Source of the DNA: Candidatus Cloacimonadales bacterium | GTDB taxonomy: Bacteria > Cloacimonadota > Cloacimonadia > Cloacimonadales > JAFGVF01 | Length of the DNA: 64,000 nucleotides | Assembly: GCA_963663475.2 (NCBI GenBank) | Contig: CAXXJV010000001.1 | Location: 64,001 to 128,000 of the forward strand | Direction of reading: 5' to 3' | Shown here: piece after piece, positions 30,267 through 40,600 of the stretch | Layout: each line of letters opens with the position of its first letter | How positions within the stretch are numbered: position 1 is the stretch's first letter | Notes under the pieces: generated by a model | The model's input: only the letters and a program-made list of their open reading frames with translations | The model's database searches: none | What the model was told of the DNA's origin: nothing | Made by a program: the position numbers and the translations under genes

Positions 30267-30420
30267 AGGAGGTCAAGCTGTCCATATTGTGGATAATGTG
30301 GATATTAAGGATGAGTAGTAGTTAATCATGGATGAAATTTAGGTATAAGTAATAGTGTACATAGAGAAGAGAAAGTGATAGTAACTCACCGCTTCTGTGA
30401 CTAATTATTTCTTTTCTTTC

Positions 30421-30557
30421 TTCCCAGCCCATCTTTACGCAGATGACAAGTGGTTACGGTATTGTATCGCGGGATTCCAGCCCGCGTTTACGCAGATAAT
30501 AAAGCGGTTACGGATTGGGTCGTGGGATTCCAGCCCGCGTTTACGCAGATAATAAAG
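30421..30557 (-). repeat. Tandem array (~2.5 units of ~53 bp) of a GC-rich REP-like unit
   Basis: Repeating ggttacgg..t.gcgggattccagcccgcgtttacgcagat; reverse complement of the 31014-31136 array. Confidence 0.9.
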
Positions 30558-30966
30558 TACTGTAGATGGCAGTTTAATCTGGTACAGTTTCCTAGATAAA
30601 AAATAGAAAAATCTAGAAGATAATATGAAAGGAGTCAATGTTTATCAAATCAATACAGGATTGCACTTCATTAGATACATCATTTCATTACCCATTGTGG
30701 CAAGCCTTTCAGGCTTTTACCATAGGCTGAGGTATTTATCCTCTTCTGGGATTTTATGGAATTTCTACTATTATTTAATTCACATCTTAGTGTAATTAGT
30801 GGAAGTAGGGATATTTTATCTCTTTTTTACACAAGCTGGTCATCTAGTCCATTGGACAGTTTTATAATGCCTATAAGAATTGCTAGCAAGGGTTGTATAT
30901 TCCTGATTAAGATAATTTCCGCTCCAGCTATGATATCCTCTAGCAGATCTTACTCTGTATGGGTTG

Positions 30967-30990
30967 TACCCAAATGCACTATTCGGGTTA
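30967..30990 (-). repeat. Collapsed 24-bp remnant of the palindromic family (both termini only)
   Basis: Minus strand TAACCCGAATAGTGC-ATTTGGGTA equals the family left end joined to the right end. Confidence 0.6.
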
Positions 30991-31013
30991 AAATGTTGTG
31001 GTGAATAAGCTGT

Positions 31014-31136
31014 GTAACCACTTGTAATCTGCGTAAACGCGGGCTGGAATCCCGCGACCCAATCCGTAACCACTTGTAATCTGCGTAAACGCGGGCTGGA
31101 ATCCCGCGATCCAATCCCGTAACCACTTGTAATCTG
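31014..31136 (+). repeat. Tandem array (2.3 units of 52-53 bp) of the REP-like unit
   Basis: gtaaccacttgtaatctgcgtaaacgcgggctggaatcccgcga.ccaatcc starting at 31014, 31066 and 31119 (partial); internal hairpin CGCGGG-ctggaat-CCCGCG. Confidence 0.92.
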
Positions 31137-31204
31137 GTCTTATCTCCCTTACCTACAGTTGAGGAACTCTGGTCTTATCTGGTCTACTTGAGAGAGAGTC
31201 AAAC

Positions 31205-31230
31205 AAAAAAGCCCTCTTAAAAAAGAGGAC
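31205..31230 (-). terminator. Intrinsic terminator ending the giant-protein operon
   Basis: Minus strand GTCCTCTT-TTTT-AAGAGGGC followed by T6. Confidence 0.75.
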
Positions 31231-31253
31231 CTTTTTATCTAAGTAATTGTAAT

Positions 31254-33542
31254 TTATTCTTCTAAAGGATTGATTTCAATAAATGAAGTTTTAGCTTCAA
31301 TACCAGGAATAAACCAGCCATCAAGGAGGTCTTTAACTGATTGTGTGAAAGAATCATTAACAAGCTCTTCTTGGAAGTCGATACCTGTAACATAAGCTCT
31401 ATTAGATCTATTTTCTAATTGAACCATCATTTTACTTTCAATTCCATATTCATTAGCCATTCTTTTAATTTTACTGCTTATGATATTTAATTCAGAATCA
31501 TTAAAGAAAGGAACATATTCTTGTATCTCAGTTTCTGCAACTTCTGCTTCAACAACATCTACTTCCTCAACCTCTTCAGTTTCTTGAATTTCAACTTCTT
31601 GAACCTCTTCTGTAGCTTCTGTTTCTTGAATTTCAACTTCTTGAACCTCTTCTACAGTTTCTGTTTCTTGAACTTCTTCAGTTTCTTGAACTTCTTCAGT
31701 TTCTTCTACTACAAGCTCTTCAACTTCATCTGCTTGAATTTCTTCTATCTCAAGATGACTTTCCTTTGTTTCTACAGGAGTTTGAGAAACAAGGAGTTGT
31801 TTATTGTTTCTAGAAACTTCAAATTCAACTCTTCTATTGAGCTGTCTATTTTCTTCACTATCATTTGCAACCTTAGGATTCTCTTGTCCCTCACCGCGAT
31901 AATTGAGAATTTCTGGATCAATATCATTATCGATTAAATATTGATAAACAGATTTTGCTCTTCTTTCAGATAGATCTTTATTATAGCTTGCAGAACCAAC
32001 GTTATCAGTATGTCCTACAATACAAACTCTCACACCTGGATTAGTTTTTATAGTTTCAACTAAGAGGTTAAGACTTGGGAATGATTCTTCTTTTAGGCTT
32101 GCTTTATCAAAATCGAAATAGATATTTTCGATTACATAATTCTTTTCTTCAAGAAGATCAATTTGGATATCATAATTAAGCTCTTTAGTATCTGGATCAA
32201 AAGTTATAGAATTTGAATAAGCTTGATAGTTTGAACGGGTAATTTGAATATCAACAAGATCAATTCTTGGTAAATACAAGTTATAGTAACCATCTTTATT
32301 AGATTGAACAACATGAGTTTTTACTTCATCGTTAATTGAGAAAGTCCATGTAATATCAGTTGATACAGGATTCCCATAATTATCAACAACATTACCATAA
32401 ACTCTAATACCATCAATATATTCTTCGTTTAGAATAACAACTTTATAGATATCTTCTCCACCTTGGCCATCAGCTCTATCTGAAGAGATGAAAGCTTGGT
32501 TAGAATCTTTAATTCTATAGTAGTGTCTTTCATTATATATTGAATTTATTTCTGGTCCTAAATTGATAGGAGTTTCCCATTCTGTCCATGATGAACCTTT
32601 CTTTCTAGCTCTAAAGATATCAAAGCCACCAAAGGTAGAATGTCCATTTGAGGCGAAGAAAAGATTGGAACCATCCCAGCTAATAAAGGGAGTTTGTTCA
32701 TCGTGAATAGTATTAATAGTAGAACCTAAGTTAACTGGTTCTTGCCAGCCATTACTGTATTCTGAAACCCAGATATCATAGCCACCAATTGAGCCTGGTC
32801 TGTTAGAAGTAAAGAACATTACCCTATCTTCAAAGACATATGGTTGTAGGTCTCCATAAGCAGAAGACACAGCTTTTATTTTTACAGGTTGACTGTAGGC
32901 ATCTTGAATTTTCTCAGCTCTATAAATACCTCTATTTCCATCGTAATGGCCAAATAGATAAGCATAGCTTCCATCAGCTGAGAATGAACTCAAAGATTCA
33001 TTTCCGTTAGTTAAAAGAGTAGGAATAGGTTTGAGAGGTCCCCAAGAAGCACCTAATTTTTGACTAACAAATATGTTTTCTTTAAGAGCCTTACATTTTC
33101 TGGAAGAGGTGAAGACTAATTCTTGATTTTCAGGATTAAGAACAGCTGCAAAATCACTAAATTCAGAGTTCAAGTATTGAGGGAAATATCCAATTTGGTA
33201 CATTGGAAGATCCTTAGCTGTTCTAATCACAGAATCTTCAATCAGTTTTAGTAAAGTATCATAATTCTCATAATCAATTCCTGAGGCATTATCTACATAA
33301 TACTTAAGATTATCATAAGCTGCTTGTAAGTCATTCTTAGCCATTTGAACCTTGAACATAAGGAAATAATTATCCATATCTTTAGGGCTTTGAGCAATAG
33401 CCTTTTCCATAAGGACTTCAGCATGAGGATAGAATCCTCTATCTAAAAATGTTTCAGCTTGCTCTCTGTAGGATTGACCTATCTGAGCAAATAGCAAAGA
33501 AAAACTTAAAAGAGCTAAAGCTATAAAAAGTTTAGTTTTCAT
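31254..33542 (-). CDS. PorE-like protein: TPR, PD40/WD40-like propeller, CRD-like beta-sandwich, OmpA_C, acidic repeat linker, C-terminal domain
   Basis: FTSSR / FTSNRPG..GGYDIW / FASNGH..GGFDIF PD40 repeats; NIYFDFDKA..GHTD..YNKDLSERRA..NRRVEF OmpA_C. Confidence 0.9.
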   Translation of the reverse strand: MKTKLFIALALLSFSLLFAQIGQSYREQAETFLDRGFYPHAEVLMEKAIAQSPKDMDNYFLMFKVQMAKNDLQAAYDNLKYYVDNASGIDYENYDTLLKLIEDSVIRTAKDLPMYQIGYFPQYLNSEFSDFAAVLNPENQELVFTSSRKCKALKENIFVSQKLGASWGPLKPIPTLLTNGNESLSSFSADGSYAYLFGHYDGNRGIYRAEKIQDAYSQPVKIKAVSSAYGDLQPYVFEDRVMFFTSNRPGSIGGYDIWVSEYSNGWQEPVNLGSTINTIHDEQTPFISWDGSNLFFASNGHSTFGGFDIFRARKKGSSWTEWETPINLGPEINSIYNERHYYRIKDSNQAFISSDRADGQGGEDIYKVVILNEEYIDGIRVYGNVVDNYGNPVSTDITWTFSINDEVKTHVVQSNKDGYYNLYLPRIDLVDIQITRSNYQAYSNSITFDPDTKELNYDIQIDLLEEKNYVIENIYFDFDKASLKEESFPSLNLLVETIKTNPGVRVCIVGHTDNVGSASYNKDLSERRAKSVYQYLIDNDIDPEILNYRGEGQENPKVANDSEENRQLNRRVEFEVSRNNKQLLVSQTPVETKESHLEIEEIQADEVEELVVEETEEVQETEEVQETETVEEVQEVEIQETEATEEVQEVEIQETEEVEEVDVVEAEVAETEIQEYVPFFNDSELNIISSKIKRMANEYGIESKMMVQLENRSNRAYVTGIDFQEELVNDSFTQSVKDLLDGWFIPGIEAKTSFIEINPLEE
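31560..31725 (-). repeat. Coding tandem repeats (18-nt and 42-nt periods) encoding an E/V/Q/T-rich linker
   Basis: EETEEVQETEEVQETETVEEVQEVEIQETEATEEVQEVEIQETEEVEEV; gtttcttgaatttcaacttcttgaacctcttct at 31579 and 31621. Confidence 0.85.
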
Positions 33543-33583
33543 GAAATCTCCTTTCTTTAATTTAATTTTTAAACTTCTTTAAT

Positions 33584-33654
33584 TCAAAACTTCTTTTAAG
33601 CACTAGGACTTAATGCTTAAAAGAAGTTTTGAGGAGGGAATCCCTCCTCAAAAC
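33584..33654. promoter_or_regulatory. Two overlapping perfect hairpins between the porV-like and porE-like genes
   Basis: 19-bp stem 33584-33602/33614-33632 and 14-bp inverted repeat 33626-33639/33641-33654 share GTTTTGA. Confidence 0.7.
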
Positions 33655-33663
33655 GATCTATGT

Positions 33664-34620
33664 TTAGAATCTAAATGTTAAACCATATCTATGATTATCT
33701 TCGTTGATTCCTTCAGAATCTTCTCTAACATAAGCATAGTTCATTTCAATCATTTTAAATCTAAAACCAAAACCAGCAGTGAATTGACCATCATTAGCAC
33801 CAATTCTTACACCAGCTTGTACTTGTGATAACATATCTTCCCAAGAAGGATTTTGAGTATTTCTCATTGTTCCAAGTCCAGCACCTAAATCAGTATCACT
33901 ACCAATATTAGTCCAATATTCTGCACCCATGTGTACAGTAATCTCATCTGAACTTTCTTCTTGTCTTAAATCACCTGATACAGTAAAACCTTTCATTGGG
34001 AATACAGCGATTCCTAGGTTATATTGCATTGGGATTGATACATCATCAAATTTACTGAATACGTCTCTAACGTGAGCACCGAAAGTAATGTATTCATTCA
34101 TTTCATACATAGCACCAAGATCCATACCAAAACCACTCTTGCTCTCATCATCCATATTATCAAATAACATTTTGATGCTTGAACCCCATAGGAATTTACC
34201 TGTGCGAGTTGCTAAGCTTAAGTTAATATTATTATCTTGGTAATCATAAGTACCAGTTGAATTACCAAAGCCATCATAGCCTTCTAAATCACTAGTACCA
34301 GCATTAATCCAAGAGATTGCCATGTAACCATATTTAAATCTCATACCCATACCGGCAAAGCTTGTAGTTCTATCAAGACCTAAGCCGTCAGTATAATCTA
34401 TACCTACTTGATAATCTGCAATCTTACCTAAACCAGCAGGATTCCAGTAAGCAGCTGTGATATCATTCATATAAGCAGTACCTGTACCACCCATTGCCAT
34501 TCCTTTTGCACCATAACCCATACGGAGATAAGGTTTATTGTGGTTATTATCAGCAATAAGAGCGGAAACAAGACTTAGCATCACTGCTACAACTATCATT
34601 ATTTTTACACTTTTAGTCAT
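33664..34620 (-). CDS. PorV/PorQ-family (FadL-like) outer-membrane beta-barrel
   Basis: Signal peptide; YLRMGYGAKGMAMGG..AAYWNPAGL hatch motif; amphipathic beta strands; C-terminal YGLTFRF BAM signal. Confidence 0.85.
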   Translation of the reverse strand: MTKSVKIMIVVAVMLSLVSALIADNNHNKPYLRMGYGAKGMAMGGTGTAYMNDITAAYWNPAGLGKIADYQVGIDYTDGLGLDRTTSFAGMGMRFKYGYMAISWINAGTSDLEGYDGFGNSTGTYDYQDNNINLSLATRTGKFLWGSSIKMLFDNMDDESKSGFGMDLGAMYEMNEYITFGAHVRDVFSKFDDVSIPMQYNLGIAVFPMKGFTVSGDLRQEESSDEITVHMGAEYWTNIGSDTDLGAGLGTMRNTQNPSWEDMLSQVQAGVRIGANDGQFTAGFGFRFKMIEMNYAYVREDSEGINEDNHRYGLTFRF

Positions 34621-34641
34621 TTATTCCTCCAAATTATTAGA

Positions 34642-34663
34642 GGAAGGGGGCGTACCCCCTCCC
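34642..34663 (-). promoter_or_regulatory. GC-rich hairpin directly after the giant gene stop, no U-tract (mRNA stabiliser or partial terminator)
   Basis: Minus strand GGGAGGGGG-TACG-CCCCCTTCC. Confidence 0.55.
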
Positions 34664-34666
34664 AAT

Positions 34667-37600
34667 TTATTGAATTGCTATCTTAACAACCTTATTAATT
34701 TCCTTAGCACCATCAACTATGTTGATTCTAGCGAAGTAAGCACCACGAGCTAATCTCTTACCATCGTTGGTTCTTCCGTCGAATTGAATCATATTATTAG
34801 TGTCTCCACCAATAGAGTTATGGCTCATTTCACGAACAAGTTTACCAGCGAAATCGAAGATTTCAATAGTAACTTGTGCTTCTTTTGTAGTAGGAATTAC
34901 GAAAGTACCAACATCTCCTCTTTGAAGAGGTGAAGGATACATATAAGGTTTTGCAGTGAACATTAAGTCAACATTTGCCCAGTCCATATCAACAGTGAAG
35001 TTCATCATCTGAGTATTACTGTTTCCAGCTCTATCATAGATTGTAGCTTCAATGCGATATTGACCAAGACCATTAACTGGAACACGGCAAGCATAACTAT
35101 TTGCAACATTATTTTTCACAGTATCAATCACAGTAACATTATCATTATCAAAGACTTTAATCTCTAACATATCAAGACCAGAAGAAGCCATAGCTTTAAC
35201 TTCAGGCATGATATCAGATAATGTCATCATAACATCAACAAACATATTCTCAGCATGAGTATATGTAGTATTTGCTACAGGAGATACAAATTCTATTGTT
35301 GGGATATAGCTATCAATTGGGTAGCTTTGGTTAGAAACAGCGTTTCCACCAGCAACATTTGATGCCATAACAAGAACTTTAACAGTATTTGCATCAGCAG
35401 GGATAAGACCACCGTGAAGGTTAATATTATAAATGCCATTATCAGCTTGAACAGTAAATGGTTCATAGATAACTTCATTATTTGGCATTGCAATGATGCT
35501 AGCCATAATTGAAGCGTTATCTAATTCGTAGCCATTACCATCAACAGTAAATGAAATAGCATTATTATTTTGAGTATTTACCCAACCGTTTGAAGCATCA
35601 AGAGCTGAGATAGCGATGATTGGAGCAGGTGCAGTAATTGCGAAGTTTCTAGTAACAGTAGTAACGTTACCAGCCATATCTTTAGCTTGAGCTTCGATTA
35701 CATAAGTACCAGCAAGTAAATCATCAGTAGAAACAGCTAAGTTAAATGCTTCAGGACTATCTGAATCAATCTCTTCAACAGTGAAATCACCATTAAGAGA
35801 AGTAACTTTTATAGAAGACATAGCTAAGCCAGACATATTGTCATTAGCCATGATATTAACATTAACATTATTTCCGACCATTACTGAGTAATTGATTTCA
35901 GGATTAACAATAGTTAATTCAGGTCTGCTATTATCAATTGGGAATGTTTGACTAGAAACTGTTTGGATAGCCCAATCATTTTCAGCAATCACTTCAACTT
36001 TGATAGCATTTTGACCAGGAGTAACAATACCACCGTGGAAGTTGATAGTACCTTGTCCATTTTCTAAAGAAACAGAGAAAGGTCCTTGAATAACTTCATT
36101 GTTAGGTAATTGAATGATATTAGCTACAACAGATTGAAGAGCTGTATCAGTATGTCCTGATTCAACAGTTAAGTCGAATTCATAATTATTAGCAGTTGTG
36201 ATCCACCATGAACCATTAGCAAGAGGGCTAAAGTCAACAAGAGGAGCAGGTCCACCAACAATTTCGAAGTTAACAGTAGCAGATGCAGTGTTACCAACAA
36301 AGTCACTTACAGAAGCAATAGCAGTATGAGCACCAGGAACTAGGTCAGAAGCTGCATAAGCAACAGAACCATTAGAAACTTGGCCATTAACCACATTACC
36401 ATCAAGAGTAAGTACAAGTGTTGAGATATCGATACCAGAAGCACCTGAGAAGTGTTGTACTAAATCGTCATCTATGAAGTGACCTTGAGGATCATTAAAT
36501 GAGAAGGCGATTTGAGCATCTGAACCGAAGTTAACTACAGGGTTAGTAGGAGCAGTAGCAGTAACAACAGGGTCCATATAATCTAAACTGAATGTTTGTT
36601 CAGCAACATTATTTACATCGATGTCGTCAATAGCATTAACTCTTACTTTAATACCTAATGAATTTGGAAGTTGTAATTGAGCGAAGCCAAATACATATTC
36701 GTTTTCATTAGCAGTAGCCACAGGGTTAGAAGTTTGGATAAGAATACCAGCTGGGTTAAGATCAGTTATAGCAAGGATAGAAACGTTGATATCTTCAAGA
36801 GCAATAGTTCTTCCATCAGCAGGAACAACACTCATAAGAAGTTCGTTTGACATTGCAGGATTTAACCACCAACCGTTTTCGAAGCCAGCGTCATGAATAG
36901 TAATTTGAGGTCTGTTAACAACTACGTTAGCAGTAACGTTAGCAGCCATTACATTAACTAAGTTAAGGTTATTTACAGCAGTCCACTGAACATTAAGAGA
37001 AGCAACTTCTCTAGAGTTTCTACCAGATCTCATTGGTTGTGGAACTAAAGTAACTAATTCTTCAACTGTCATTTCATAACTAAATTCATTACCTGTAACA
37101 GTAATTTCATTCATAGGAACATTAAGAACAGTATTAACTGCAGGATCATTGTTAGTAACAACTAAGTTATAATCCATAAGACCAGTTTCAGCATCTTCAA
37201 TTGTAGCTGTTAATGTTCTATTAGTAGCTGATAAGATACTTGTTGATTCAAATGCGATTGTAGGCATTGAGTCATCAACGAAGAAGTATAATGTTTGATT
37301 AGCATGGAAACCATTCATTTCAACATGAACTTCAAGTTCATTTTGACCTGCCATCATATTGACTAAATCGAAACTTACTACTCCATTTACAAGAGCAATG
37401 TTATTAACATTGTTGATGCCATTATTTAGAGTAATTGAGATGTTACCTAGTCCGAAACCTGCAGGTAATTGATAACCTTGTTCATTTTCTTCATGATATA
37501 CAGTGAAGTTCATAGCTACATTTGGAAGAGTCCATAAGTTAGTACCTTCAACGAATACATCATTGTTAACTGGAGCGAATTCAGTAACAAACATTTCGAA

Positions 37601-40600
37601 ACCAAGGTATTGACCAACAGTAACAACTGTATTAACAGGAGCAGTGAAAGTCATACTTGCATCAGATTCACTATAAACAACATCGATTTCTACGAAGTCT
37701 GCTAAAACAGCATCCCAAGCAAGAGCTACAATATCACCTTCAACAGCTACAGTAGCTGTAAGAGGTAAAGTATAAGTAGCGTTACCAGCGATGTTTGAAT
37801 TAACAAGAACTTGGTCAGTAAGTTGAGCATAATGGTCAGCTAAAGGCATTTCGTTATCTAACATAGTGAACCAGTAAGGGTTGTTGTAGTTAACAATAGC
37901 ACCATTAGAAGCAGCCATTGGATCTAATTCAGCAAATTTAATCCAAGCAGCACCATTAGCAACGCCTGATAACCAGTAACCTGGTAGTTCGTTATTTGCA
38001 TTAACAACTAAGTTGAATTCATAGTCTTCATTAATGGTTTCATAACCAGCATAACCGTTTTCATCAACTCTGATTACATTTGGCATGCTATCTGTATCAA
38101 CTACCATTAAGTTATTTTCATGAATTTCGATGTTTCCGTTAGCAGGAGCTAGTTCAAATTCACCTTGGTTATAAGTAACATTAAGAGGATATACAAGAGA
38201 AGATTCTTCATCATTGTTCATCATAACATTTACTTTAACCGCAATAGCATTTTGAATTGCTTCAGCATTGAAATCAAATTCATAATAAGGATCGTTGTTT
38301 ACTGTATTGATTGCGAAATCAACCCAGTTAATATTATCAGTAGTATATTGAGCAACTACAGCAGTAACATTATTACCCCAGTTAGTAACTTTAGCATACA
38401 TTTTGTCTGTTGAAATAGCTTCGTTATCAAATTCAAAAGCAGTAATCACAGCGTATGGGTCGTTTTCATTAGGAGTAACAAGCACAACATTTTGTAGTGT
38501 GTTATTGATAAATCCATCATTATCAGTAACAATAGCTTCAATAGTATAGGTTCCTACGTTTGCTAAGAGAGCAGTGTTCCATACATAAGTATAAGGAGCA
38601 TTTTCTACAATAGCGTGAGATTGACCGTTTACTTTGAATTCAACTGAAGCAACATCTTGAGGAGCAATTTCATTTGTTCCATCTGTGTAGTTAACATCAG
38701 CATTGATAGCTACCATTTCACCAAGCACAAATTCAGAATCATTATCTATATTTGTGAAGAATACTTCTGGAGCATCAGCATCGTAGTAAACCATTGAGCC
38801 AAGGTTAATATCATATTGATTTGCAGGGATAGCAAGATCAGAAACAATAGCTTTGAAGTTGTAGAATCCACTTGCAAGACCTAAGTTAGCAAATGTAACT
38901 TCAGTAAGACCAGCATTAAGAGCTGCAGGAGTGAATCCTAATGACATCCAGTTTCCGTTAAGAACGTCAGCATATTGTAGTTCGATATTTCCGTTAATGA
39001 TGTTTGTTGCATCAACATCGAAAGTAAGAGTGATTTCATCATTCATATTGAAGATAGAATCATCAACTAAAGTGTTCATGCTATTAGCAACAAGTGGTGT
39101 TATGTTATCAAATACTTGATAAGTAACAATACTTTCACCAACATTGTTATATTCGTCTTCGATTTCAGCTTTGAAGTCATAGTTTGCACCAATTGTCCAA
39201 GTTTGAGGAATAATCCATTGACCATTAGCATCAAGAGCTATTGGGTTCCAAACATTAGCAGCTGCATCAGACCAGAAGTAGTTAATAGTCAATTGAGTAG
39301 AAACATTATCCATTGCATTAGCATTGAAGGTATATGCCATTCCACGAGTAATTGAGCCATTATCATTTTCTGCAAGAACTAAAGCACCTGTAGGAGCATC
39401 AGTATCTACACTGAAAGCGAATGTTTCATTATAAGTATGACCAACAAAGTCTGCAGTAACAACTTCAATTTGATAAGTTCCAGTAGTTAAAGCTGAAATA
39501 TCAACTGAGTAGTTAACAAGAGTTGGATCTACTTGGTTATTAGTATCATAAGCAAGAGAGTGAACTTGATTACCATCAAGATTAATCACAAGACTTGCTA
39601 AATCAAGAACAGGGTTATCAACAGTAATAGCAAGATCAAGAGCATTAGCAATTGCTACAGTTGCACCAGCAGCTACAGGATTACCAGCTTGATTTACTGT
39701 TAGGTCAGTTACCATTGGAGCTTGGCTATCAATGATATCAACAAGATAAGGATTACCACCGTTAGCTATGAAGCTAGCTTGGTCATCAACATTGTTAAAG
39801 ATATCTTCAACTTGAACAGCAATTTGAACTTTTTCAGCAAAGAGATAATCCATGCCAATAGTCCAGTTGTATTCATTAGCAACAAAGCCACTTAATTGGT
39901 TCCAAGGAGAAGCTACATTATCATTTTCATCTAAGAAACGATACATATAGTTAACTTGGTTGAAGAATTCAGGGTTGCTTGAATTGAAGTTTCCAATAGA
40001 AAGGATATATTCAGAACCTCTGTTTACTTCAGTAGTAGTTTGACCTTCAAGTGTTGAAAGAGTAATTTCAGGAACGATTGTAGAGTTCCAGATATGTAAG
40101 TTAGTTTCATTAACAACCTCACCGAAGTTATATTCAGAAACTGTTCTTACAGTATAATCACCATCCATGTTAGCAATATTCCAGTTTACTGACATAAATT
40201 CAGCATAACCTGCAACAGTTCCGTTTCCTGCGAAGTTAGCAATAGGAGTCCATACTGCATTAGCAGCAAATTGCATCCAGTTTGTTCCATCCCAGTATTC
40301 GAATCTAACATTGTTAGGATCTATAACATTATTACCTTCTGGTAAGAATGCGTATAAGTTAATATTGTTACCACCGATAACATCAGTGATTTCATTATTA
40401 TTAGTTACATTTGTTTGATGGAATGTCTCAGCACCATTTCTGAAATCTGAAACAACCATTATCTTAGCACCAACTTCGTCACTTCTAAGAGTGAAGTTAC
40501 CTGCGTTGAAGATAGCAGAAACATAATCATTATGATCAGTTAAAGTAAGATCAACATTAACCAAGATGTTGTCTTGGCCATTAATAACTTCATTCATCAT

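Noticed and set aside
30435-31073. Short ORFs 30435-30638, 30756-31004 and 30840-31073 as genes or a RAYT remnant
   Set aside because: They overlap repeats or each other, lack a clear RBS and show no HUH/Y1 motifs; the NPY...HSWS resemblance to a RAYT C-terminus is too weak
30421-31136. CRISPR array
   Set aside because: The units are near-identical along their whole length, with no unique spacers; only 2-3 units per array; no cas genes
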